Assembly (NCBI GenBank): GCA_002269645.1
Contig: NIVC01000176.1
Location: forward strand, 620,001-684,000
DNA from: Macrostomum lignano
Lineage: Eukaryota
Direction: 5' to 3'
Length of the DNA: 64,000 nucleotides
In this document: positions 11,770 to 22,600 of the stretch, one piece after another
How positions within the stretch are numbered: the stretch's first letter is position 1
How the letters are laid out: each line of letters starts with the position of its first letter
Translations under genes and position numbers: made by a program
The notes under the pieces: model-generated
What the model was told of the DNA's origin: nothing
The model's database searches: none
The model's input: the letters and a program-made list of their open reading frames with translations, nothing else

Positions 11770-11883
11770 TTGACTTGATTGATTGACTGTCTCTCAAATG
11801 GACTGCACATGCATGAACTGTTAGTCACTTTTTATGGTTCCCTTTGTGTTTTCACCGTTACTTTTAATCCACTCGAGGAGGAA

Positions 11884-12088
11884 TGTAATGCCACTCTGGC
11901 CAGTACTAGCTTGAACATTGTATTAGCACGTACATGTCGCTACTCAACTTATGTACGTAAGGCACGCGGCTCAATTGTGCACGTTGCAATCAGATCGCTT
12001 CCAAATATAAATATCGTCTCACCCTACTTGGAGGGTTAAGGCTTTTTCTCGCACGCCACAAACACTGCCTGACTCCTGAGTCATTACA
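11884..12088 (+). repeat. 3' LTR
   Basis: Direct repeat of 7560-7764. Confidence 0.97.
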
Positions 12089-12232
12089 AAGAAGTTCGGG
12101 AAAAAAAGCTGAAGCTCTTGCTAATAAGACAATATAGTCTGTGTTATCATTATCCAAAGCTGGGAGCTCACTTTGGTCTATCAGTTTGGCAGGCTCCATC
12201 TGTAGGGTCATCAGATGACAGACACACATATT

Positions 12233-14764
12233 CTATATTAGTACCGGATTTAATTGTTTTTTGTGCTTCCGACCGCGCTGATGAGCCGGGTAGCTGCTGG
12301 GCCACATTGCCACATTGCACACCTTGCACAGTATGGGCAGTTGACGGACCAACTGCACCATGGCAGCTGCGGGCAGGGTGAGCGGCTGATGCTGGGGTTT
12401 GAGGTGGCTGACACTGGGAGCTGAGGTGGCTGACACCTGGGAGCTGAGGTGGCTGACACTGGGAGCTGAGGTGGCTGACACTGGGAGCTGAGGTGGCTGA
12501 CACTGGGAGCTGAGGTGGCTGACACTGGGAGCTGAGGTGGGTGACACTGAGAGCTGAGGTGGCTGACACTGGGAGCTGAGGTGGCTGACACTGGGAGCTG
12601 AGGTGGCTGACACTGGGAGCTGAGGTGGCTGACACTGGGAGCTGAGGTGGCTGACACTGGGAGCTGAGGTGGCTGACACTGGGAGCTGATGTGGCTGACA
12701 CTGGGAGCTGAGGTGGGTGACACTGGGAGCTGAGTTGGGTGACACCTGAGTTTGAGGTGGCTGACACAGAGCTGAGTTGGGTGACACCTGAGTTTTAGGT
12801 GGCTGACACTGAGAGCTGAGTTGGGTGACACCTGAGTTTGAGGTGGCTGACACTGAGAGCTGAGTTGGGTGACACCTGAGTTTGAGGTGGCTGACACTGG
12901 GAGCTGAGGTGAGTGACACTAGGAGCTGAGGCGGGTGACACTGGGAGCTGAGTTGGGTGACACTGGGCGCACGAACGCAATGCCTCACCATCAGCAGAGG
13001 CCAGTTTACTGGTATGCCCAAACGAGTTCAGGTGTTCCAAAACCGCGTCAAACGAATCGAAGTCGCATTTGCACAGCTGGCAAGCAATCTGCTGTCCCTG
13101 AGAAAATTTTATCATCGACTTCGAATTTTAAAATGTTAGTTCAGGTACTGCCCTTCAGCTACTTCAGGTCTGCCTTTTAGCTACTTCAGGTCTGCCCTTC
13201 AGCTACTTCAGGTTCCCCTTCAGCTACTTCAGGTCTGCCTTTTAGCTACTTCAGGTCTGCCCTTCAGCTACTTCAGGTTCCCCTTCAGCTACTTCAGGTC
13301 TGCCTTTTAGCTACTTCAGGTCTGCCCTTCAGCTACTTCAGGTCTGCCTTTTAGCTACTTCAGGTCTGCCCTTCAGCTACTTCAGGTTCCCCTTCAGCTA
13401 CTTCAGGTCTGCCTTTTAGCTACTTCAGGTCTGCCCTTCAGCTACTTCAGGTTCCCCTTCAGCTACTTCAGGTCTCCCCTTCAGCTACTTCAGGTCTGCC
13501 TTTTAGCTACTTCAGGTCTGCCCTTCAGCTACTTCAGGTTCCCCTTCAGCTACTTCAGGTCTCCCCTTCAGCTACTTCAGGTCTCCTTTAAAGCTACTTC
13601 AGGTCTCCTCTTCAGCTACTTCAGGTCTGCCCTTCAGCTACTTCAGGTTCCCCTTCAGCTACTTCAGGTCTCCCCCTCAGCTACTTCAGGTCTCCTTTAA
13701 AGCTACTTCAGGTCTCCTTTAAAGCTACTTCAGGTCTCCTCTTCAGCTACTTCAGGTCTCCACTTCAGCTACTTCAGGTATCCTTTCAGTTTCTTCAGGT
13801 TTTCCCTTCAGCTACTTCAGGTTTTTCCTTCAGCTACTTCAGGTTTTCCCTTCAGCTACTTCAGATCTGCCCTTTAGCTACTTCAGGTCTGCCCTTCAGC
13901 TACTTCAGGTTTCCCCTTCAGCTACTTCAGGTTTTCCCTTCAGCTACTTCAGGTCTGGCCTTCAGCAAATCAACTTACCTGGTTCAACTCGTTGTTATTT
14001 TTAAGCCGGAATATTTTCTGCTGCTGCTGCTGGACTGTATTAGAATTGTTTGACTCATCCGCTGTCACTGTTATTCCAGTCATATTTAACATAGGCGGAA
14101 CAGTCTGCGGCGGTGGCAACTGCGGCGGTGCTTCATACATGCCCATGAGCTTGGCAACCGATACATAGTGCCTAGACGTAGCCCTGTGCAGTGCTAATCC
14201 GCCAGACAGATGCCTCACCGATAAGCCGCATTCGATGCAATAATCCACGCCAGCAACTGGCGAAGGCGACCTCGATCGCGGCGACCCCACCGATTGCTGC
14301 TGTTTGTTTAAATGCTTCACAGATCGGTGGTGCCGCTTTAACGACGCTTCGCTAGTTAACGACAAACGACATCGACAACACCAGAATGGGCCGCAAACTG
14401 TTGCGTCTGTCTGGTCGGTTTGGCCTTCTGAATGAAGATAATTCTGCACTACATCGTCTGGCGGAGGCCAGGGTAAGTGCTCGGCCCACAGAGAATGCTG
14501 CGGGATTCAAGGGTTGTTTTGGCATTAATATTTTAGGTTCCATAACAAACTATTCAATCCCCGCCATTGATAAATCGATTTTCCCTTTCTACCTTACTAA
14601 CAGTAGAAATATTAAAAGTCAAAATTAACTAATAATTTTTGGTATTTCTTCATTACACTACTTATAGTAAAAATATAAGGAAATTCGGAACAAATAATAG
14701 AAAAAGACAACATAACATCTACCTCGACAGGGTCAGGGGTTACAGACGATTTTACTCGACACAT
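12233..14764 (-). CDS. Protein with four matrin/U1/JAZ-type C2H2 zinc fingers; exons 14497-13979, 13097-12989, 12366-12233, plus a tentative first exon 14764-14723
   Basis: Splice phases agree (0,0,1). Fingers C-x2-C-x11-13-H-x5-H: CCRC..HHRSVKH, CIEC..HRATSRH, CQLC..HLNSFGH, CKVC..HQRGRKH. The 5' end is uncertain. Confidence 0.72.
12400..12965. repeat. Intronic minisatellite, 22-bp unit (ctgaggtggctgacactgggag)
   Basis: Tandem copies filling the last intron of the zinc-finger gene. Confidence 0.9.
13145..13965. repeat. Intronic minisatellite, 21/22-bp unit (cagctacttcaggtctgccctt)
   Basis: Tandem copies filling the intron between 13979 and 13097. Confidence 0.9.
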
Positions 14765-14935
14765 AATTTACCATCATTATTTATGCTGATAACACAGTTT
14801 ATAAAATTGTTTGAATTTCATATCGTAAGAGATCAGGAGAGTCAACATAACAGTCCAGATCAGGACTCTGACGGACATGAAAGACTTGGGCAAAACTAAT
14901 TTAAACTGTTAATCACTAAACAGCAGCTGCTACTA

Positions 14936-15262
14936 TTAAGGTTTAGTACTATCAAAGAACACGACATCCTGGGAGCCAACAACTTCGGCATAATGCACAG
15001 TGTCCTTGGGAACCAGCACCCTGTCACCGGGTTCCAGCACAACCTCTTCGCCAAACATTCTGAACAGAAATCTGCCAGACACGATTGCGTCCATTTTGTC
15101 AACGGGGTGAGTGTGATCGGGGAACACGGTGCCGGGGCCGAAGGTGTACCGGCAGCTGGAGTAGCCAAGGGAGCGGAGCTTCCGCTGCATGGCCTCTGAG
15201 GACAGCGGGCCGTCCGAGCTGGCGTCCCATTTAAATACGTTGAGGCTGCGCGACGAAGTCAT
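14936..15262 (-). CDS. Single-exon small cupin-domain protein (108 aa)
   Basis: MTSSRSLNVFKWDASSDGPLSSEAMQRKLRSLGY...PGTVFPDHTHPVDKMDAIVSGRF...GDRVLVPKDTVHYAEV. Contains cupin motif 1 (HxH) and motif 2 (G-x5-P-x4-H). An acceptor-like ttgcag lies 31 nt upstream of the ATG. Confidence 0.8.
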   Translation of the reverse strand: MTSSRSLNVFKWDASSDGPLSSEAMQRKLRSLGYSSCRYTFGPGTVFPDHTHPVDKMDAIVSGRFLFRMFGEEVVLEPGDRVLVPKDTVHYAEVVGSQDVVFFDSTKP

Positions 15263-15329
15263 AACGCTATTGTTGCAAAGGGTTTCAGTGCGCCTGCAAT
15301 TGGCAGTGTAAGTCTGAATTAGATTTGAT

Positions 15330-15640
15330 AGCTCAGCAACTGAGGATCTGGGAGCCTGACCCAGAGACTCAGGATCTGGGAGCCTGAGCCAGCAACTGAG
15401 GATCTGGGAGGCTGACCCAGAGACTCGGGATCTGGGAGCCTGAGCCAGCAACTGAGGATCTGGGAGGCTGACCCAGAGACTCGGGATCTGGGAGCCTGAG
15501 CCAGCAACTGAGGATCTGGGAGGCTGACCCAGAGACTGAGGATCTGGGAGGCTGACCCAGAGACTGAGGATCTGGGAGGCTGACCCAGCAACTGAGGATC
15601 TGGGAAACTGGCTCAGCAATTGAGGATCTAGGAGGCTGGT
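15330..15640. repeat. 28-bp-unit minisatellite (agcaactgaggatctgggaggctggccc family)
   Basis: Tandem copies; the same family occurs at 55185-55880. Confidence 0.9.
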
Positions 15641-15830
15641 CCCCTGACAAAACATAAAAAACAAAGAAGACTATATGTGAAAAACGGAAAACAAAGATAT
15701 TTACATATATTTATTGCGCATTTCAGTATTGAAAGTTTAAAGCAGGAGAAATTACACTATATTTTGCACGCAAGCATTCAGCTACATGTATATGCAAAGC
15801 GAAATGCAGTCCCTATCGATCCGACCTGAT

Positions 15831-18794
15831 TCATCTGTCCCCAGACGCGATCCGATTGGCCCGGGCGAACAGCTTTGCGCTCTCCAACGTCAGCGGCCAA
15901 GGCAGGCCCTTGGCCAGCAGCCAGTCCTCCAGCGTGGCCACCTTCTCGGCCAGATCTGTCGCCGAAGCCAGCTGTTTCTTAGGAAATTCCAGACCGGATT
16001 CTTTGTGCACTCGAAGCAGGTCGGAGTAGCGGCTGGACAGGGCTCGCCTGGCCTCGTCTGCCGAGGCTTTCTGTTGCTGCGAAAGTCGCGAGTTCGATTT
16101 CTGCACGCCTTTTTCTTCTTCGAAATAGTCGTCTTCGTATTCTTCATCTGACGCTGGAATATTATCTAATTTATATCGGCTAGAATCGGTATCCATGGCA
16201 ACCGTGGAGGTTGATGGCTGCTGCGACACTCTTTGCACCTGAATGTGAATCATCTGCAAAATTATAAAATGTGACAAAATGCAATTTGTATAAAGTTAAA
16301 CAGTTTTATCCATAAATAATTTGAAAGGCCATCAAAATCAGTCTAACAGTCTAACAGCATGACAATACACCAAAATCTCACAGTCTAACAGCATGACAAT
16401 CTTCCGAAATCTCACAATCTAACAGCATGACAATCTTCCGAAATCTCACAATCTAACAGCATGACAATCTTCCAAAATCTGACAGTCAAATAGCATAACA
16501 ATCCACCAAAATCTGACAGTCTAACAGCATGACAATCTACCAAAATCTCACAATCCAACAGCATGACAATCTACCAAAATCTCACAATCCAACAGCATGA
16601 CAATCTACCAAAATCTCACAATCTAACAGCATGACAATCTACCAAAATCTCAGTCTAACAGTATGACAATCTACCATAATGTTATTCTGAGTATGACAAT
16701 CTACCATAATGTTATTCTGAGCATGACAATCTACCATAATGTTATTCTGAGCATGAAAATCTACCATAATGTTATTCTGAGCATGACAATCTACCATAAT
16801 GTTATTCTGAGCATGACAATCTACCATAATGTTATTCTGAGCATGACAATCTACAATAAAAGCCTGACTCACCTGCTTCTGACCCGAACTAGCACTGGTC
16901 ACCGGGATGCAATAAGTGGACACCGGTGGTTGCGACTGGTGCTGCTGTTGAAGCGATTTAACAGGCGTCGTAGACGAGGACAGGATTCGAGCTCCTGACT
17001 GTCGCACTAAGCCGGTGATGCCGTCAAGCGACATCTGGCTGCACTCGGAGCCAGCCGGAGAGGCCGAGGCCACGGAGATCAAACGTTTAGTTGAAGCCGA
17101 CGTCAAGGCGGGGCCAGTCACACTTTTAGCAACTATTGGTTCAGTCGATGAGGCCGATGGCGAAGTTGCTGGGCTCTGGCCAATCAAGGAACAGAAAGTT
17201 TCGATGCTTTATTGTATTTATTTTAATAGTACGACAAAGGACTTTGGCACTTAGATTTCGGGTGTTATAAAGATTTAGGATATCAACCCAATGAAAACGG
17301 TACCTAGTTTGAGAAGCCCCCCTCCCACCATCGTTTTAGAGTCTTTACAGGGAACACAAGTAAAGTAAGAAGTCACTCTAAACGACTCTAAAGCGACGAG
17401 ATGTACAAATCCTCTAAGAGTCAATTTGAGGTGTTTTATTGTCCGTGACTCTGGAGCCGTAGAGTTGTATCTGGGGCGTGCTAGAGTCGCTGTAATTCAC
17501 TTCATGAATTAGAATAGCATTTCGCAATTATAACGCATTTAGTCTACTTAGTCAGTAGAAAGTTAAGCGCTAACAAAGCGACTTTTTCGCGGCTTTTTTT
17601 ACGATTCTGCAACTCTCTCTCTCCTCTTCCCTCTCCTCTCTTTTCTTTCCCCTCCTCCCTCCCCTCTTCTCGCGTGATGCGCTCGTGACTCGACAGTTGC
17701 CTCTCAGAGTCGCATTACAGTCGTTTGAGTCGCTAAAAGGTCACGAGTCGGGTCCTTTGAAACTTCAAAATTACAATCCGGCCCGCTCCAGGTTAGTCTC
17801 TTCTCAGCTCTCTCTCTCTCTCCTCTCATCTTCCCTCTCCTCTCTTTTCTTTCCCCTCCTCCCTCACCTCTTCTCCCTTCCTCCCCTCTCCTCTTCTCCC
17901 TTCCTCCCCTCTCCTCTTCTCCCTTCCTCCCCTCTCCTCTTCTCCCTTCCTCCCCTCTCCTCTTCTCCCTTCCTCCCCTCTCCTCTTCTCCCTTCCTCCC
18001 CTCTCCTCTTCTCCCTTCCTCCCCTCTCTTCTTCTCCCTTCCTCTCCCCTTTCCTCCTCTCTCCCTCTTTTTCTCCCCTCCTCTCTCCCCTCCCCTCTCC
18101 TTCTCTCTCCCCTCCCCTCTCCCCCTCTCTGCCCTCCTTTCTCCTCCTCTCTGCCCTCCTTTCTCCTCCTCTCTGCCCTCCCATCTCCTCCTCTCTCCCC
18201 TCCCCTCTCCTCCTTTCTCTTCTCCTCTCTCCTCCCTCCCTTCCTCTATACCCCCCTCCTTCCTCTCTCTTTTCGTCCCAAATCTCCTCTCTTCTCTCTC
18301 AGGCCCGCTGTGCCCTCTGTGCACTAGATTCTACATCCGGTCCCAAAGTTAAAAAGTTTTCTTAAAAAGTAAAAACTCTAACCTAATGGTTAGAGCGTCG
18401 GACTTGACTTGAAGGTTGGGGGTTCTATTCCCGATCCCACTCGGAACAATTTGTGTCCTTGAGCAAGACACTTAACTCTGCATTGCTTCAGTTTATCCAC
18501 CTGTAAAATGTGTAGCAGCAATAGTTATGTGTATTGAGGGTGTGTGTGTGTGTGTGTGACGACCCCTCATTACATACTCACCGCAGTTGCCACTGCAGCT
18601 TCTTGTCGCCTAGCAACAAAAGCGACAGTCAACTCGGCAAACATACGCCGCTCACGCCGATTAAGCAACGAATCTGTCTCCTTTTCAAACTGGGCCAACA
18701 GTTGGCGCAGGGTTAGCAGTTGCAAATCGACGTGCGAATATTTGGACATAAAGTCAAGGAATAGAAGTACTTGTTCGCGAAGATCGGTACCCAT
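15831..18794 (-). CDS. HIRIP3-like putative histone chaperone (~312 aa); exons 18794-18582, 17175-16873, 16253-15831
   Basis: All phase-0 GT-AG introns; AATAAA at 15715-15710. Helical N-terminal domain resembling the DEK_C/HIRIP3 N-terminus, S/T-rich linker, acidic patch, and a C-terminal RVHKESGLEFPKKQL...EKVATLEDWLLAKGLPWPLTLESAK segment resembling the HIRIP3 C-terminal motif. The family call is recalled similarity only. Confidence 0.55.
16345..16860. repeat. Intronic minisatellite, ~33-bp then 30-bp unit (..gcatgacaatctacc..)
   Basis: Tandem copies in intron 2 of the HIRIP3-like gene. Confidence 0.9.
17290..17755. mobile_element. Dispersed repeat of unknown class, homologous to 60270-60560
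   Basis: Shared blocks: cgtgc(t/c)agagtcgc, aattagaat(a/c)gcattt, gcgctaac, tttgagtcg(c/t)taaaa..gtcac. Confidence 0.6.
17775..18362 (-). mobile_element. Truncated copy of the hAT-like MITE at 60562-61127, with an internal CT microsatellite
   Basis: atccggcccgctccaggttagtctcttctcagctctc matches the reverse complement of ~61035-61070. atccggtcccaaagttaaaaagttt resembles the reverse complement of ~60573-60600. Same internal purine/pyrimidine tract. Confidence 0.6.
18385..18520 (+). mobile_element. tRNA-derived CORE-SINE-like copy
   Basis: A-box-like TGGTTAGAGC and B-box-like GGTTCTATTCC, followed by gtccttgagcaagacacttaactct...cttcagtttatccacctgtaaaatg, which resembles the CORE domain of MIR-type SINEs. 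Confidence 0.7.
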
Positions 18795-18863
18795 TGGTGT
18801 GCTTAGAATTGGTTAATATCAGCAGAAACATAAGTTTTATAGGTGTAATCTATAAGACCCTTA

Positions 18864-19652
18864 GGCTCATTCCATATAAGCATGGTCGTAACATGACAGG
18901 CTATTTTTACTTATAAAATGAAATCTAATAATAGAATATACTAAACCAATATTTTAAATGTAAGATAATTTTGTCAAAAATATTTTTATAGAGTTTCATG
19001 TAGATATCATCATTAGTATAGATGCTATTAAACCTTGAATGGCACTTATGGTCGTAACAACAGGATTTTTGACATATAGAAACTAAAAGGTAAAAGTCTT
19101 ATAACATTTTTATTTTTGATATTTTGCAATACATTTTTTTAAAACTTGACTAAGAACATCTTTAGTAATCATACTCTTTTATTAGAATATATAAACTCAA
19201 AAAGGCAACAAAGATACAAAAGAAAAGGCAGCCTTATGGTCGTAACATTATGGTCGTAACATATTTTTTTCTGTCAATTCAGTAACTTTGAGGTACCAAT
19301 ATATTAAAAATATAATAGATTATTTGGTCACCAATACTTTTATCTGATGATGCAAGTACTATACTTTTATCTATAGTTTGTTTCAACCTTCCAAAGCTTT
19401 CTATTTGTTTTTAAAAGGTACACAAACTTAATGATGTCTTTTGCTTAGAAAAATGTTTAAATTTTTACAAAAATGACTTTTTGCCACTTGATAGCATACT
19501 AATCTAACATTTTATTATTCATTTATTCTTAGATTGTAGATATTACACATAAAAAACATTTGGTAAAAAAATTGGCTGATAAGGCAATGGCAAGCAAAAA
19601 TATTGACTTTTTTCTATTTTCCAAAAATGTCCATCTTATATGGAATGAGCCC
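18864..19652. mobile_element. Non-autonomous TIR element (PIF/Harbinger-like MITE), ~790 bp
   Basis: TIRs GGCTCATTCCATATAAG / CTTATATGGAATGAGCC(C). TTA flanks both sides (18861-63, 19653-55). Internal repeated (t)atggtcgtaaca motifs; AT-rich, no ORF. Confidence 0.75.
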
Positions 19653-22600
19653 TTAATTTACTTCGACTAAAATCGAATTGCAACAATCAGGTTAAAAATA
19701 AATATTTTGAAATTACTATTGGAATAACTGATGTTTGTGAGAAAATATTGTAGAATTGTAGAAAAAAGTAAATTTAGTATTTACCCAGTCACCTATCTAA
19801 AAGCCTAGTATCATTGCTGTGGTCCAGATGAGAAAAGAGATCAGAGGAAAGATAAGAGGAGAGGGAAGAATTAGAGGTTGGATGGGATTGAAATCATTGG
19901 GTGGGATTGGGATTGGGATTAATCTTTTTCTTGGGATCATGATCAAGATTTGGGAATCAGGGTTAGGTCTTTTCTAGTATACTGTAGTTTGTAGGTCATA
20001 TAGAGTTGAACAAAATTGAACCAACAATATCAAGATCAAAAGCCAAAGGTGAAACATGATAGAATAGATGCAAAGTTTTGTAACCAACAACAAAATAACA
20101 CTTAGAAATTACTAAATCTACAAATTTTGAATAAAAAGACCTGTTTCTAATTCCTTTTTAGGGTTGGGACTAGCAATCTTCGCCCCCTGATAGGGGACAT
20201 CTGGATAGAATCTTTGTTCTTTACAAGTAACAAATAGACAACAAAAAAACAATAGACATTTCCTAACCAACCTCTAGGAAGAAGAGAAAAAAGAAAGAAA
20301 AGGGGAGAAAGAAAACAAAGGAAACAAATGATAAGCCAGTCAAATTGTTGTTTTGAAGTTTTATAAGACATAAGAGCAAGATAGAGAGGCTTTATGGGCT
20401 ACATATGGCCCATGTGACAAAGTTTGTCATTTCTTAAACTATGTAGTCAGTATTTAGCATGAATGAAATCAGTTGGCATGCTTATGTGCAAACAATATAT
20501 TTAAAATTTTCAAACTTGAACTATATAAAAGCTAGCTTATAACTAATATAATACTTAAAAACTAATACTAATAGCCATTGGTATAGTACTTTATACTTCA
20601 AAGATATCTTTATTAAAGTTTAAATAGGCCTATACTAGGCCTATTTAGTATTAACTAACTTATACTTATTTATCTATTTTAGAATAACATTTAGAGGCCT
20701 ATATAGCAAATTTGTAGATATAGGCCAAATATAAATTTGAAAATTTATTTGTTAATAGGGCACTACTTTTTGACTAATAAATATACCACTTATAGTTTTA
20801 TACTTGCTATAGTGATCTAATACAACACTAGTAAAATTTTAAATAGGGATTCCAATCCTATTCATTATAAGCCTAAAATTGGATTGTCTGCATTATCTAT
20901 TTTATAGAATATATAGCCAATAAGAAATGTTTAGCCTTTAGGTATACAAAACAGACAATCACAAAAATACTCACATTAGAGTCTAGTGTCTAGCTTGGAT
21001 TAGGCCTACACCCTTTAGCTTTAGCAATGAATAAAAACATTTTTTACTTTTACTGAGAAGCTTTTGGCTATTTTGATTATATAATTTAGTTAGGCCCTAA
21101 TATTATCTTTTTTAGTAAAAAGAAAGCTAGGCCCTAGGCCTATAATTATAAAACCTAAGTATTATAAAACCCAAAAAGCATAGGAATTGTTTTAGTAGGC
21201 TAAGCTTACAAAATTGTAGTTTTGGGAAAGCAAGCTTTTTTGTGCTTCAGCTTAATGAAACTGTCTAAAAGACTCAAGCTTGTCTGGACGACACTAAATA
21301 TATGTAAGGCCTAAAAAATATTTGTAAAAAATCTAGGCCTACGCCTAACTTTTTTACTAGGCCAGGTGATCAGAGTAGGCCCAGCCGAGCCTAGGCCTAT
21401 CTAACTAGGCCTAACCTAGGCTAGGCCTAATTGGTAAATACACGATAGGCCTAATATAACTAACTAATAGGTGTTAAAATAAAAAACATGTTTTGTAACT
21501 TTTTCACTACTTGACCAATGTCACGGGTCAAATGATAACGAATGTTCAAACGTCAAGAGTAAGATGTGCTTTTTACTCGAGCAAGTGAAATTTATCAAAA
21601 AATTAAAACCAAAAGTAACTTGAAAATCTCAAAGCACAAAAGATAAAGCGAAAGGGATGCAAATCAACCATAAGTTTTCCATCCTTCATTAACAGTTACT
21701 GTATCTATATAGGCTTGATATTCGACTGATAGTGATATGATATAGTATAGGGTAGGGCCTATTTGCTGCGAAATGCACGTTGTAGTTTTTTCTATTACGT
21801 GAAAGAACTGTACATAGAAAATAAATCCGTTTAGTAAAGTTTAACAAATATATAATTTTTATATGAAATTAGTAAAAAGCAAAATATTATTTAGTTGCAA
21901 TGTTTTAACAAATAAATAATTAAATGAATAAAAAGCTTTTACACCGATAAACTATACTCTTATTTGTAGATATTATCAATGAAGATTATTCAACAAGAGC
22001 TGGAAAATATTAATAAGATTCACCCGACGCTGGTGTCCTGAAGACTGAAGCGTAAAATTCAGCAGGATTCTGGTGCTGAAAGACACGCAAGTTGGATTCT
22101 GTTTGGACTGTAAGACTTTGTTTCTTGTACTGTTATGGATTCGTAAACATTTTATAACCGATTCGAAATATGTTTCAATGACAATAGCCAAAACAGAACA
22201 AACTTGACACAAAGTTCTGGTTCATCATAAATTTTATTAGTCAGTTACAACTAAAAAGCAACGCAATATTAGGTTCGTTGCGATATATGTCAATTTCAAA
22301 ATAACAGTAACACTGAAATAGTCCAGTATGGTATTGCTATAGCATAGGAAACAAGAAGTGCTTCTCGTTTTTAAATGCAGACCAATGCATTGAAATCATG
22401 AATACACTTTTCGTCGTTAATGAAACCTAGAAATGCATGCAAGACTAAATAAAAAAAAACAAGCTTATTTGGGCAAATTTCGAATCAAGAAATTTTGAGT
22501 TATTCTTGCTTGGTCACAAATGATCCGAAATGTATATAATTTTATTCATAATAATAGTATAATAATAGTAATGATAATATCATATCATTTATATTATTTC

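Larger units (their letters stand above)
7560..12088 (+). mobile_element. Full-length Ty3/gypsy (probably Mag-like) LTR retrotransposon
   Basis: Two 205-bp LTRs (7560-7764, 11884-12088), identical by eye, with TGTAATG...CATTACA ends. 5-bp TSD AAGAA (7555-7559, 12089-12093). PBS-like TGGCGTCGCAAGG at 7766, purine tract GAGGAGGAA before the 3' LTR, and a single gag-pol ORF. Confidence 0.97.

Noticed and set aside
15263-15664. Extended 242-aa cupin ORF as supplied
   Set aside because: The N-terminal part runs through the 28-bp satellite; the ATG at 15262 after an acceptor gives a complete compact cupin.
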